This document shows positions 1-13,319 of a stretch of 64,000 nt of DNA, piece after piece (positions within the stretch are counted from its first letter, which is position 1; each line of letters starts with the position of its first letter). This DNA comes from Anaeramoeba ignava BMAN (Eukaryota; Protista; Anaeramoebae), in assembly GCA_028826165.1 (NCBI GenBank), contig JAPDFW010000062.1, positions 1-64,000 of the forward strand. Reading direction: 5' to 3'. Under the pieces are notes generated by a model. The model made no database searches, was not told where the DNA came from, and saw only the letters and a list, made by a program, of their open reading frames with translations. The translations under genes and the position numbers were made by a program.

Positions 1-3000
1 AAAATGAATTATTTTCATCAAAAATGAAATTAACTTTCACTAAAAATAAGAGAAATGATTGAATTGGGAATTAAAACAAATCATTTCTTATTTGATTCTG
101 AAATTAAAAATATAATTCAACAAAATGAAAATGAAAATGAAATGAAAATGAAATATATATTTCTCCTTCTTTATATGATAAATTTATTCAAATTATAATT
201 GTTATTATTGGAATATTTTTCAAGAATATTAATCAAAATGAAAATTTAAAATTATTAGTTTCAGATCAAAAAACTATAAATAATATGTGGAAAACTTTTT
301 TTAATAAGTTTGAAATTCCTTGCTTTGAAATTGAAATAGAAAATCAAAATAACAAAATTATTGAACTTGATATTCCTTTTATATCAATAATTTATTCAAT
401 AATTCAACAATATCAAACAATTTCAGAACAAAAAATATCATTTTCTGAATTTATTCAAATTCCTTTTAATGATAAAAGAAATAAGAAAATTTTTAAAAAA
501 GAAAAAATAAATAAGGAAATTATTGGAAAGATATTATTAGATTTTATCAAACTATCTTTTAATCAACAACAACAAAATTTTTTAAATTCATTTAAAATTG
601 AATTTTTGATAAAATGGGTTCAAAATTATAAATCAGAAAATTCAAATTTAGAAGATATTTCTTTTATGGAAATTTACAAAATTTATTTTGAAAAAATTCA
701 TCAAAATTTAATTAATTTAATTGAAATTGATTCATATTTTAAAATTATTTCTGAAATGAAAAACTTTTCAATTTTATCATTTATGAAAAAATTAATTACA
801 AAATTACAAAAAGAACAATTTTTAATCAAAGAAAAAAGTAAAAAAATTGAAGAATTATTTTATTTCTTGATTGAAAATGAAGGAAAAACAGAAAAAAAAC
901 AAAAATCAATTGAATCTCTTTATGATAAATGGAATTTAGAATTATTTAAAAATGAATTTGGAATTGAATTAACAAATTTTAATGAAGAAATTTATCAAAT
1001 AATTGAAGATAAAATGATGATTAACAAAATAACAAGTGAATTGATTAAAGAATTATTTTCTCAAAATGTTAATTGCAATAATATTTTGATTTGCAAAAAA
1101 TCACAAAAAGAAAAATTACAAATTTATCTTACAATTAAACCCAAAAGAAAATCTAAATCTAAATCTAATTCTAATTCTAAATCTAATTCTAAATCAAATT
1201 CTAATTCTAAATCTAAATCTAAAGAAGAAGATGAAAATCAAAACAAATGTCCAATTTGTGAAGAAACTTTCCACAAAAATAATAAACATTTCTCAATTCT
1301 AAATGAAAATTATATTGATCATTATAGAAAAAAAATACGTTCTATTATTTTAAATTTTATAAAATATTTGGCATTTTATGGAGAAATTATTTTCAAAAAA
1401 TTACTTTTCAATAAGAAAATGAAAGGAAAATTTGATTTCACAAATATTCAACAATTTTTCAATTATTTAATTTCCAAAACAAACTATTTATTATCATTAA
1501 ATTCCATTGAAATTTTATATTCAGTTTATATCCCATTATTAACAAATTTAATTTCATTAAACGAAGAAGATGATATTATAAATTTTGTTGAGGAAATGTT
1601 ACAAAAAACAAATTTAAAATTATTGGAAAATCAACAAGAAAATATTATTCTTATCTGTTGTATGAAAATTCTTAATGAAAATGAAAAATTAATCAAATAT
1701 TTTATTCAAAGAAAAGAAGATCAAGAAAAAAGAAATCCAAAAATATTATAGCAATCTTTTTCCAAAGATGGATTTTCACTTAGAAAAATTGCAAAATTTC
1801 TTAAATCAAGAAAAAATTTTATTCAAAAACCACAAAAATTTATCAATAAAATGAAGAATAGTTTAATAAAAAAACAAGATACTTGGTTGAAATTTATTTA
1901 CAATGAAATTCAAAAAACACAAGGAATTAATAATCTCAAAAAATTTATCAAAAATTCTGTTGATGAAAAAATTAAAGAATGCCAATTTTCACAAGAGATT
2001 TTTAATAAATTTCAAGAAGATTTTCTTGATATTAATATTAAAGGAAAGAAAAAAGAGAAAACATTGATACATTATTATGAACAAAACAAAATTGGAAATA
2101 ATTTATTAAATCAATTTACAGAATCTCATATTGGATTTGTTAGTGAACATGGAACAAGTTATTTAGATTCCAAATTATTCCAAAATTTATCCAAAATCGA
2201 AGAAAAAATTGAAGATGAAGAAATTATCAAAATGGCAATTCATTCTATTGAGTTTATTAGTGGATTGAAAATTGAACCATTTCAGTTTTTGTTTTCATCA
2301 GATCTTATATTCGAAGTTGGAGAATCAAAATTAAAACAAGAATTACTTGAAAAATTATATTGGCCTTCAATGGGATCTTATTCATTTTATCCAGATTTTA
2401 TAAATGAAAAAGAAGAAGAAGATAAACTCAATTTATGGTCTTTATGCAAAAAAAATCATTTAAATTTTGTTAAATTTTCACATATTAATTTACAAAATTG
2501 GTGTGGATTTTGTTTATCCAAATTAAAAGTAAATCAAAATCAAAAGAAAATTGATTCCAAATTTTTTGAAAATTGCACTTCTTATTCAGTTTCTAAATTC
2601 CCAAATACAAATCCAGCATTTACATTTAGGAAAATGCATCCAATAACTTTCAGAATTATTCGCTTATTTATTCATCTTTCAGTTATTTCAATTTCAATAA
2701 TATCAGAAAAATTTTCCAAACATTTCATTTCACTTATTAATAATTTTGTTTTTAAACCAGAAACACAAGAAGAATTAATTAATCAATTAAGATCACACAT
2801 TGGGAATGATTTATCCATTTTATCAGGATTATTAAATTTATCAAATTACCAAACAATTCTTTATTATCATGAAACTTTGAATTTGATTTCTCAATATAAG
2901 ATTCCTGAAAAGTTATTCAGAAAAGACAATTTCTTGGATTTAGATTATAGAAACAAATTTGAAGAAGTTTTTTCAAACATTTATAACAAAAATCATTCAA

Positions 3001-5360
3001 CAATTATCGAGAAAGTTATTAAAAACACAAAGAAAATCCAGAAGATATTCAAACAACCAAGTGATAAATTAAATTTATTTGATTTACCAAAAACAAATTT
3101 ATATCATGTTATCAATTTATTTTATCAAAAAGAAGAAAACTCAATAATGTTTCCATTTGTTAAATTTGTTATTGAAAATATCCAAGAATTGAAAATATTG
3201 AATTTATTTGAAGGATTTATCAAATTTGGAAGTTATGTAATGCAAAAATTTAATCAAAAAATAACAAGAAAAGAATCCAGAACAATTCAATTCAAAAATA
3301 CTATTGAAAATGAAAATCAAGATTTATATTTCCAATTTCAAGAATATTGGAATTTATGTTCAAAAGAAACAAAATATTTACAAATTATGAATGAAATTCC
3401 AATCAATGAATTTATAATTGAAATTAATGAAGAATCTTTTATTGATGTTTGTTTGCCAGGAAAAGAAAACTATAATTTAATGATTTCAACATTAATTCAA
3501 CATGGAATTAATCTTAATAACAAATTTATTCAATCAAAATTACTATCTTCAATTTTTAACAAAATTAATCAAGAAAATTATGAAAATCAAGAAATTAATT
3601 ATCCAATTTCTTTAAATGATTTCAATTCAATTCAATTTTTCAATTTTGATATGAAAGAATTTGAGAAAATCAATAATTATAATAATTCATTTAATGAACT
3701 TAAAATTTTTGAAAATTATATTAAAAAAGAAATTGAAAATTTAAAGAAACCATTTATTTTATCTTCCAAAATTAAAAATTTTATTTATTACGATGAAAAA
3801 CCAGAATTAGATATTGAATTTCTTAATAATGAAAATTGGAAACAAGAAGAAGTTGATATTAAAATTTGGAGAAAAATCAAAAATGAATTGGAAAATTATG
3901 GATTATATGGAAAATGTAAAGAATTAATTGAAGTTGTGATTTCAAGTTGCAAAATGATTGAAATGAAAGATTCAAAGAAAATGAAAGATTTAAATGAAAT
4001 GAAAGATTTAAATGAAATGAAAGATTTAAATAAAATGAAAGATTTAAATAAAATGAAAGATTTAAATGAAATGAAAGATTCAAATGAAATGAAAGATTTA
4101 AATGAAATGAAAGATTTAAATAAAATGAAAGATTTAAATAAAATGAAAAATTCAAATAAAATGAAAGATTTAAATGAAATGAAAGATTTAAATGAAATGA
4201 AAGATTTAAATAAAATGAAAGATTTAAATAAAATGAAAGATTTAAATAAAATGAATGATTTAAATGAAATGAAAAATTTAAATGAAATGAAAAATTCAAA
4301 TAAAATGAAAGATTTAAATAAAATGAAAAATTTAAATAAAATGAAAAATTTAAATAAAATGAATGATTTAAATAAAATGAAAGATTTAAATAAAATGAAA
4401 GATTCAAATAAAATGAAAGATTTAAATGAAATGAAAGATTTAAATGAAATGAAAGATTCAAATGAAATGAAAGATTTAAATAAAATGAAATATTTAAATG
4501 AAATGAAAGATTTAAATAAAATGAATGATTTAAATGAAATGAAAGATTTAAATAAAATGAATGATTCAAATAAAATGAAAGATTCAAATGAAATGAAAGA
4601 TTCAAATGAAATGAAAGATTCAAATAAAATGAAAGATTTAAATGAAATGAAAGATTTAAATAAAATGAAAGATTCAAATGAAATGAAAGATTCAAATAAA
4701 ATGAAAGATTTAAATGAAATGAAAGATTCAAATAAAATGAAAGATTCAAATAAAATGAAAGATTCAAACAAAATGAAAAATTCAAATGAAATGAAAGATT
4801 TAAATGAAATGAAAGATTTAAATAAAATGAAAAATTCAAATGAAATGAATGATTTAAATAAAATGAAAGATTTAAATAAAATGAATGAGTTAACAGAATT
4901 ATCAATTATGAAATTTATACAAAATAAAATGGAAATTGATATTTTTGATGATATTGGATTTTCTTCACCAACTTTTAAAGAACAAGCAAAATTAAAACAT
5001 CTTTTATTTTTTCAAAATCATTTAAAATATGATTTAAAAAAAATTATTGAAAAACTTCCAGAAAAATTTAAATCTGAAATGGTTGCTTTCCAAAATAATG
5101 AATTACAAAACTCTTTAAAAAGAATTGATATTGATATTGATAAATTTATTGATTTATTAGAACAATTTATAACTAAAATTGAAGATAAATTTGATCCAAT
5201 TTATCCATTTAGAAAATTATTACTTTTTTCAATTAAAGACAAGAATTCCCAAATTTATAATGAAATTAAGAATAATTTTGATCAAAAAAATTTTATTTTA
5301 TTAGGGAATTTAGTTTCAGTTTATGAATTTACATTAAATTTTTCAAATCAAAAAAATTAA
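1..5360 (+). CDS. RNF213/mysterin-like E3 ubiquitin ligase, C-terminal portion (5' end outside window; one in-frame TAG and apparent frameshifts near 1-150)
   Basis: ORFs 285-1751 and 1851-5360 share a frame and are separated only by TAG at 1749-1751. Motifs: RING-like remnant CPICEE..H, degenerate RZ-finger CKKNH..WCGFC, RKMHPITFRIIRLFIHL and CLPG..LIQHGINLNNKF, which resemble the RNF213 E3 module. Confidence 0.65.
3961..4887 (+). repeat. 18-bp in-frame minisatellite (~51 copies) encoding MKD(L/S)N(E/K)
   Basis: Direct reading of aaatgaaagatttaaat(g/a) units; the frame stays open throughout. Confidence 0.95.
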
Positions 5361-5390
5361 AAATTAAATAAAAAATTATAAAAATATTTT

Positions 5391-5450
5391 TTTTCATTTT
5401 TCATTTTTTTCATTTTTCATTTTTCATTTTTTTCATTTTTTTCATTTTTT
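5391..5450 (+). promoter_or_regulatory. Tandem TTTTTCAT Inr-like elements immediately upstream of CPSF4
   Basis: The same TTTCA(T/C)TT motif precedes many start codons on the sense strand (e.g. 41507-41557, 29355, 36124, 28100-28045, 59665-59630). Confidence 0.45.
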
Positions 5451-5457
5451 AAAATAA

Positions 5458-6521
5458 ATGGAAATTGATTTTAAAGAACAAGAAAATATTCGTTTTGATT
5501 TTGAAGATTTTGTTGAAGAAGCTGATAAAAAAGCTTTTGAAACACTTGATCGTACTTTAAGAAAAGGGAAAAAATTTATTGTTTGTAAACATTGGCTTCG
5601 TGGACTTTGTAAAAAAGGAGATGAGTGTGAATTTGCTCATATTTATGATCATAGAAAAATGCCTGTTTGTTATTTCTGTGAGTATTAATATATTTAACTT
5701 TAATTTTCAAACAACAATAACAACTAATTTTTTTTTCAATTTAATTTTTATTTAATTTATATTTTTTTTAGGGTAATTTATTCTCTCCTTTTAAACCTTT
5801 CTTTTATAAAACATTTAAATTAAAATTCATTTATAAAATTAAAAATCAAATTAAAATTAAAATTAAAATTAAAATTAAAATTAAAATTAAAATTAAAATT
5901 AAAATTAAAATTAAAATTAAAATTAAAATTAAAATTAAAATTAAAATTAAAATTAAAATTAAAATTAAAATTAAAATTAAAATTCATTTATAAAATTAAA
6001 ATTAAAATTATAAATAAAATTAAAATTATAAAACAAAATCAAAATTAAAATTAAAATTAAAATTAAAATTAAAATTAAAATTAAAATTAAAATTAAAATT
6101 AAAATTAAAATTAAAATTAAAATTAAAATCAAAATTAAAATTAAAATTAAAATTAAAATTAAAAATAAAATTAAATTTAAAATTAAAATTAAAATTAAAA
6201 TTAAAATTAAAATTAAAATTAAAATTAAAATTAAAATTAAAATTAAAATTAAAATTAATATTATAAAATAGGTCAAAATATGGAGAATGTAATAATAGAG
6301 AATGTTTATATCGACATTTAGATCCTGGAAAAAAAGAAAATCAATGTCCTTGGTATTTAAGAGGATTTTGTAAACATGGAGAAAAATGTAGAAGACCTCA
6401 TATTAGAAAAGATCCTTGTCCAAATTATATTGCTGGTTTTTGTCCTCTTGGTCCTGAATGTAAACTTGGTCATCCAAAATTTGAAATTTCACCAAGAATG
6501 GAATCACTTAATCAAAAATAA
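5458..6521 (+). CDS. CPSF4: CPSF30/YTH1 CCCH zinc-finger subunit; exons 5458-5677, 5772 (1 nt), 6272-6521
   Basis: [26 protein letters not shown](W)[18 protein letters not shown] and [23 protein letters not shown] match CPSF4 ZF2-ZF5. GT-AG junctions were checked for phase. Confidence 0.93.
5820..6260 (+). repeat. (TAAAAT)n intronic microsatellite
   Basis: Direct reading; lies in CPSF4 intron 5773-6271. Confidence 0.95.
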
Positions 6522-6671
6522 TTTTTTACTTTTTACTTTAATTTTTAATTTTTGGATAAAAAATTTTTTTTTGTTCCACTTTTTTAATTTTATTTTTTTT
6601 ACCAGTTCAAATTTTAATAAAAGGAAAAAAAAAGGAAAATAAAGTTTTGTTTTGTTTTAAAAATTCATTTC

Positions 6672-9600
6672 TTAATCATCTAAACTTGGAAGTAAAAGTT
6701 CTTTCATTTTTTGTAAAAAAGTTTGAAGTTTATCATGAAAAGGTTTCATTGGAGGAGGACAAATTTTTGAATGTAATAAAATTCCATCATCCAATATTGA
6801 TTGTTGTTCTTTTAAACAATTTTTGAGTTTGGAAACATGAATTGGATTTTTATGATCTTCTTTCAAGAATTGAGGATTAAAAAAAGCATCTTGATATTTA
6901 AAAACACCTCCATTCACAGCAGCATCAATAACACCATTTAAAGCCATTGAAAAAGGATTAATATTTGGATCTTTTGTATTTTTGTATTTTTCAATGATTT
7001 CTTTTAATTCGGAATTTTTTTGTTCAACACTTTGTATTGCGTTAATAATTGGTGGGATTTCTTGGATTATCTTTTTGGATACTACAATAGAATGTTTTAT
7101 TGTTGGGAATTTCTCTTCTGTTAATAAATATGTTGTTCTTAGCCATAAATCTTTGAATTCATTATCACTTTTTTTATCTGTTTTTCTGAATGGTTTTGAA
7201 AATTTAAACACATTTATTTGGTTGTTTTCGTAAAATTTACGGATTTTTGTATTCATTTTTGATGGGAAAGTAATTTCTTTTTCTTCAATCTATTTTCAAG
7301 ATAAATATTATAAATAAATATTAAAATATTAAAATATTTCTTAAAATAAACAAACTTCTTCAATCGTTGATGGAGTTAAAGAAGCAATTAATAGAAATTT
7401 TCCTTCACTATTTTTCATTGATAAATCAGGTTCTTTTGAAATAACTTGAGCTTCAGGAAATTTTGATTTCATTCTTTCAATAAAAACACTTAACTGCTCC
7501 AATTCTTTTCCACGATAAACAAACTCTTTATCTTTAAATTGAAGATAAATTTCTGAATTAAAACCATTTCCATAATAACCAACAAGAAAATAACTAGCAA
7601 AAAAACGATCTGAAGAAGCAATTCTTCGAAACATTTCAGATTTTGTTCTGATGATTGAAGATAATTTTGCATAATCAAAAGTTTTAAGTTCATAATGATC
7701 ACGAAGAATATCAAGTAATTGAATTCCATTTTCCCAAAACTTTCCTTTATCAAATAAATCAACTGCATTATGAAGGATTCTTTCTTTTCTTTCTGTGTAA
7801 GTTTCACGCGGATAATTGAAACTACCTTCTGTTAATTTTTCCTCAAATTTGTCATCATTAAACGCGATAATTTTATTGACTTCCATTAAAACTAATCCTG
7901 CTTCTGTTTCATATCCAAATGCTTGATATAATTCTGCTAAAAGATGTGCGTATTTTGAATACATTCCATATCTTCTTGTTTTTTTCAAGTAATCCATTAA
8001 TGCTAATAATACTATTGCTCGTTCTTCTTGGAATTTTTCGCTTTGAGGATAGTCTTTGAGTTTGGATATTTGGTGAATTAAATGATTTAAAGATTGAACG
8101 AATTGATTGCACTATTTTTTTTTGTTATTTTTTGATAAAATTAAATTTTAATTAAAATTTTCAATTAAAATTTAAAATTTAAAATTCACTTTTTCTTGAT
8201 GCTTCTTATTTTCCCCAAATTTCTTCTCAATTTCAATAAAGAAATAATCCTTGAATTGTTGATCCTTTCCTTCTCTAATAAATTGATCAATTTTATCAAT
8301 AGTGCATTGTTCAATTAAAGAAAATCCATCTGTTTTTTCAATTTCTGAAATGAGCATTGAATAAAATATCTCAATTCCAAATTGCTTTAATTTTTCGTTC
8401 GAAAATAAAACTAAAGAAAGACATTCTTCAGCTAAAACTGAAACTAATTCGAATCTATGACCAGTTATCGAATTCCAGTTTTTATTGAATAAAGCAATGG
8501 AAACTAATCTTAAATCACCCATTGTTTCCATGATTTTATATTGTTCTAAATATGTCTTTTTTTCTAATTGTAAATTTTCTGATTTGATTAGCTCAATTAT
8601 GTTTTGGAAATATAATTCCCATATTTTTAAGTTAAACATTCCTCCAGTTATTTTGGATCTCATTATATGTGAAATGATTGAGAGGGTTTTAAAGATTATT
8701 CTATAATGGATGAGCTTCATATGAAACTAAATTAATTTAAATAATAATTTATTATTATTATTATTATTATTTTTTTTAAATTATTTTTTTTAAATTATTT
8801 TTTTTTGTTTTTGTTTTTTGATACATCTTTTGGATCTTGAAATAAATTCATTTTGTGAAATTCTAAAAAATTTGTAAAAGTTTCAAAAAAGAAAAATAAT
8901 CTTGTTGCAGGATTTTTGGAAAAGTTGATATAGAGATTTTCCATTTGACTTGAATCAATCATATAAAAAATTTGGATCAATGAATTGAATAATTTAATTT
9001 TACTTTCGGTTCTTTTTTGTTTGATCACTTGAATTTCCTTTTGGGATATTTTCTTTTCTTGGTTGTTGTATTGAGTAGTTTTTAATTTTGTTTTTTCCTT
9101 GAGTTTGACTAATTCCTTTGAAATTTGTCTTGATTTTCTTGCTTCACTTTTTTTGTTTATGTTTTGAATTTGTTTCTTCTCTAAACTTCTATTAAAACGC
9201 AACAATTTGAAAATAAATGGAGGCAATAAAGAAAGTTCCATAAACTCTGCAATATTTGTTTTTGCCAAAGAATCTTCCTTGAATATTCTCATTGGAGTTA
9301 TTGGGTTTTTCACAAGCGATTTTGTTTATATTTTCTAATAATATAATGATAATTTGCAAACATAATTCACTTTCTTCTTCTGATTTTCTTGTATGAAACT
9401 GGATTTCATTCAAAATGACAGGAATAATTATTGAACGTGATTTTTTGGTTTGAAATATTCCTGCCTTCAATAAAGAGGCAATGAACTCAAGTTTTGTTTG
9501 ATTAAGATTCTTTTGATCCTCTTTTCGAACCGATTCAATCATCAATTTAATTTCTTGAGTTAACTCATCCAAAGTGAAATCATTTCCTAATATTGAGAAT

Positions 9601-12600
9601 ATATTTTTGAAGTGTCTCAACGCCATTGCTTGGACTGCATTTATCCACACAGGCTCCTTTAAGGAAAGAAGTTGGCGAATTTGAGAAAGAATTTTTTGGA
9701 TATTTTTCTTAAACTGAGGCTGGTTTGATTTTTCTTGTGGATGTTCTTTGATATTGTAACTCCATGAATAAATGATGAATCTAAAAGTGTATTCTATTGC
9801 TCTCATTGATAGAAGCAAACTTGTTCTGTCTTGTTCGGCGATATTTTCGAGTTTTTTTGTTAAAACTTCGATAAAATGGGTATATGTTTTGCAGAGACTT
9901 CTTTGTAATTCTCCATAAGCTTTCATAATTTTCTCATCATTTCCTTGATTTTCTTGACTAACATGAAATCTTGTGCGGATGTAATCATTTAATACCCCAC
10001 TATAATGTTTGAATCTTTTATCCACAACAATTCCAATTACATATTCAATTGATTGTGTGATTTTCATTTTTTGTTCGAAATTATTTGATTGTTGACCTAA
10101 AATTATAAATAAAGTATCTAGAATTTCTCGGAAGCATTTGATGATTTCATATGGTGGTGATATTGTCATATCTTGTAGTATTTTAGGTAATGGGTGTTTT
10201 TTCCAATTGAATAATTGTGTGACATTTGAATCTTGAGTTAAAATTGTTGAACATAAATTAATATTAAAAGAGATGGTTTCTTTTCTAGCAATTAATTTTT
10301 TCGTTCTTTTCAAATATAAATTTTTAAATATAATTTTTAAATATAATTTTGATTTTGATTTTAATTTTGATTTTAATTTTGATTTTAATTTTGATTTTAA
10401 TTTTGATTTTAATATTTATTTTAATATTTATTTTAATTTTAAATATAATATTAATATTGATATTGATTTTTAATTTAATATTGATTTTTAATATTGATTT
10501 TAATTTTGATTTTAATTTTAATTTTAATTTTGATTTTAATTTTGATTTTAATATTGATTTTAATATTGATTTTAATATTGATTTTAATTTTGATTTTAAT
10601 TTTGATTTTAATATTTATTTTAATATTTATTTTAATTTTAAATATAATATTAATATTAATATTGATATTAATATTGATTTTAATTTTAATATTGATATTA
10701 ATATTGATTTTGATTTTGATTATAATTTTGATTTTGGTTTTAATTATAAATTTACGTCTCTGGACCAGGTGGTTGCATATAAAAATTGGGTTCATCTTGA
10801 ACTAATTTAGGATTATATCTAAATGTATTAATAGTAAGTTCACCTTGAGGAATAAAATTATCCTTATCAAAAAATTTCAGAAATCCAAAAGCAAAAGTTT
10901 TATTATCATGATTTTCATTAGTTGTACAATGAATAACTTCAATATAAAGATGACTATTTGCAAACATTTCACTTGGCATTGTGATTTTAAGTGTTTCTTT
11001 CCATTGAGGATTGTTTTTATGATAAAAAACATATGATTTGTATGTCTCCATAAAATCAGAACTTGTTCCAAAACTTAAACCTTCTTTGATAAAGTCTTTT
11101 TGGAAAGTAAAATCATTCAAACGAAGTGAAATTCTCAATTCAATATTTCTTGGTGTTCTTTTTCTTTCTTGAACAAATTCTCCTCCAGTAATTTCAATAT
11201 ATAAATCATTACGAATATAAGAAGGTAATATGATTTCTGGAAGTTTTGTTAATAAAGTAAATGAAATATCTCTGAATCTCATTTTTTTGGATTCTTCTGT
11301 ATTTGATTGATTATTTTGATTATTTTGATTTTGATTTTGATTTTGATTTTCATTTTGAATTTGATTTTGATTTTCATTTTGAATTTGATTTTGATTTTCA
11401 TTTTGATTTTGATTTTGATTTTCATTTTGATTTTGATTTTGATTTTCATTTTGAATTTGATTTTGATTTTCATTTTGATTTTGATTTTGATTTTCATTCA
11501 CTTGATTTTCTTCTTCTGAATTTTCAATTTCTTCTTGTTCTTTTAAAACAGTATCATAATCACCAGCAAATATACTCCAAGTGAAAGAAACTCCTGGAGA
11601 AGGTACTGGTTTCATACTTTGTTCTTCATTTATTATCATTTTGTGTATTTTGAAAAAATGTATATCGTTTGTACAAGTAAATATTTTAATTGTTGATTCT
11701 TGTTTTGCTTGTTTTGTTGTGTGAATCAATGGTAATTGAAATATTCCTGCTCCAAATGGTTTTCTATATTCTCTTGGTGTTACTTTACTATATTTTTTTT
11801 GGATTTTTTCGTCAACTAATAATACTCCATATTTAATGATTTTGCAAACAAGATATAATCCACCATTAAGATCTTCTTTACTAATATCTAAATTAATGAT
11901 TTTAATTTATAAATGAATTTTAATTTTAATTTTAATTTTAATTTTAATTTTAATTTTAATTTTAATTTTATAAATGAATTTTAATTTTAATTTTGATTTT
12001 GAATTTTAATTTTATAAATGAATTTTAATTTTAATTTAATTTTAATTTAAATTTTAATTTTAATTTTAATTTTAATTTTAATTTTAATTTTAATTTTAAT
12101 TTTAATTTTAATTTTAATTTTAATTTTAATTTAAATTTTAATTTATAAATGAATTTTAATTTATAAATGAATTTTAATTTTAATTTTAATTTTAATTTTG
12201 ATTTTAATTTTAATTTTCATTTTAATTTTATAAATGAATTTTAATTTATAAATGAATTTTAAATTTATAAATGAATTTTGATTTTATAAATTAATTTTAA
12301 TTTTAACCTCTAAAAATTGTTTTCAAAGTTCCATGTTTATTAATATCTTCATGCATTCCAGTTCTAGAAATAGGAATAACATAAGATTCTGATAAAACCT
12401 TATCGGATTTTTGACTATAAAGGAAGAAATGGAGTTCAGCATCACTACCTATTGGGACAATAGCCATATTAAATTCAAAAAGAAACTGAAAAAGATCAGC
12501 AACAACATCTTGTTTTTGAGAAGAAATAAGAGTCAAATCAGAACTTTCTTTTTGAGAATTAAGACTTGAATGCAAATCAAATAACTTGACAATTCCAACG

Positions 12601-13139
12601 TCTTTTTCGGTTGCAATTTTTTCATTATTCATTCTTGGTAAAAGTGGCAAATTCATAGTTTTTCTTCCATTTTCAATAACTTCAATTAATTTATTTCTTA
12701 AAATTTGTTGAGATGAAAAACTGATGTTTTGATTTTGCAATAAATTTTGTCTGTATTTCAACAACGTATAAATTTGTGTCTTTGCAATTTCAAATGCAAC
12801 AAAATCCTTTTTAAAAAAACATAAATCTTTCATTAAATATTTCCATTCAATTAAAGTGTCTTCACTTTCAATCATTGCTGGTGTTGCTTCAATAAATCCT
12901 GGATAATTATTCTCTGCTAAAATTTCCTTTGTTGGTGGTTCTCCTTCAAGCACTTTTATGTAGCATTGTGGCACTATTCCATGTTTTTTTGTGAGAATTT
13001 CTTTGACTCTGAACCATTCTTCGTTTTTTTCTTTTATTATTAAATATTCTCCAAATTTTATACTTAATTGTTGTTTTTCTTGAGCTATAAAATCATATAA
13101 AGCAACTCCATATTGATTTGTAATTTCCCATTCAGTCAT
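6672..13139 (-). CDS. DOCK-family (SH3, DHR1/C2, DHR2) Rac GEF; exons 13139-12308, 11887-10756, 10305-8825 (probable 1-nt error near 9310), 8726-8190, 8111-7356, 7289-6672
   Basis: N-terminal SH3 (ALYDF..EWF..GIVPQCYI), DHR1 (YKSYVFYHKNNPQWKET) and DHR2 (YFLVGYYGNGF, FVYRG, SMALNGVIDAAVNGG). All introns are GT-AG with matching phase. Confidence 0.92.
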
Positions 13140-13319
13140 TTCCGTTTTTATTTTTTTTTTTGATTTATAATTTGAAAATGAATGAAAAAATTTTTTAAAA
13201 AAAAGAAAAATGAAAATTTTTTTTTTGCTTTTTTTTTTCTTTTAATAAAAATTACTAATTTTGACATTTTTTTTTAATAACAATCCAAATCCACTTTTTT
13301 TCAAATTAATTCTAAATCA

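Noticed and set aside
3877-4905. Long antisense ORFs (342 and 291 aa) over the 18-bp repeat
   Set aside because: They are a by-product of a stop-free repeat whose period is a multiple of three.
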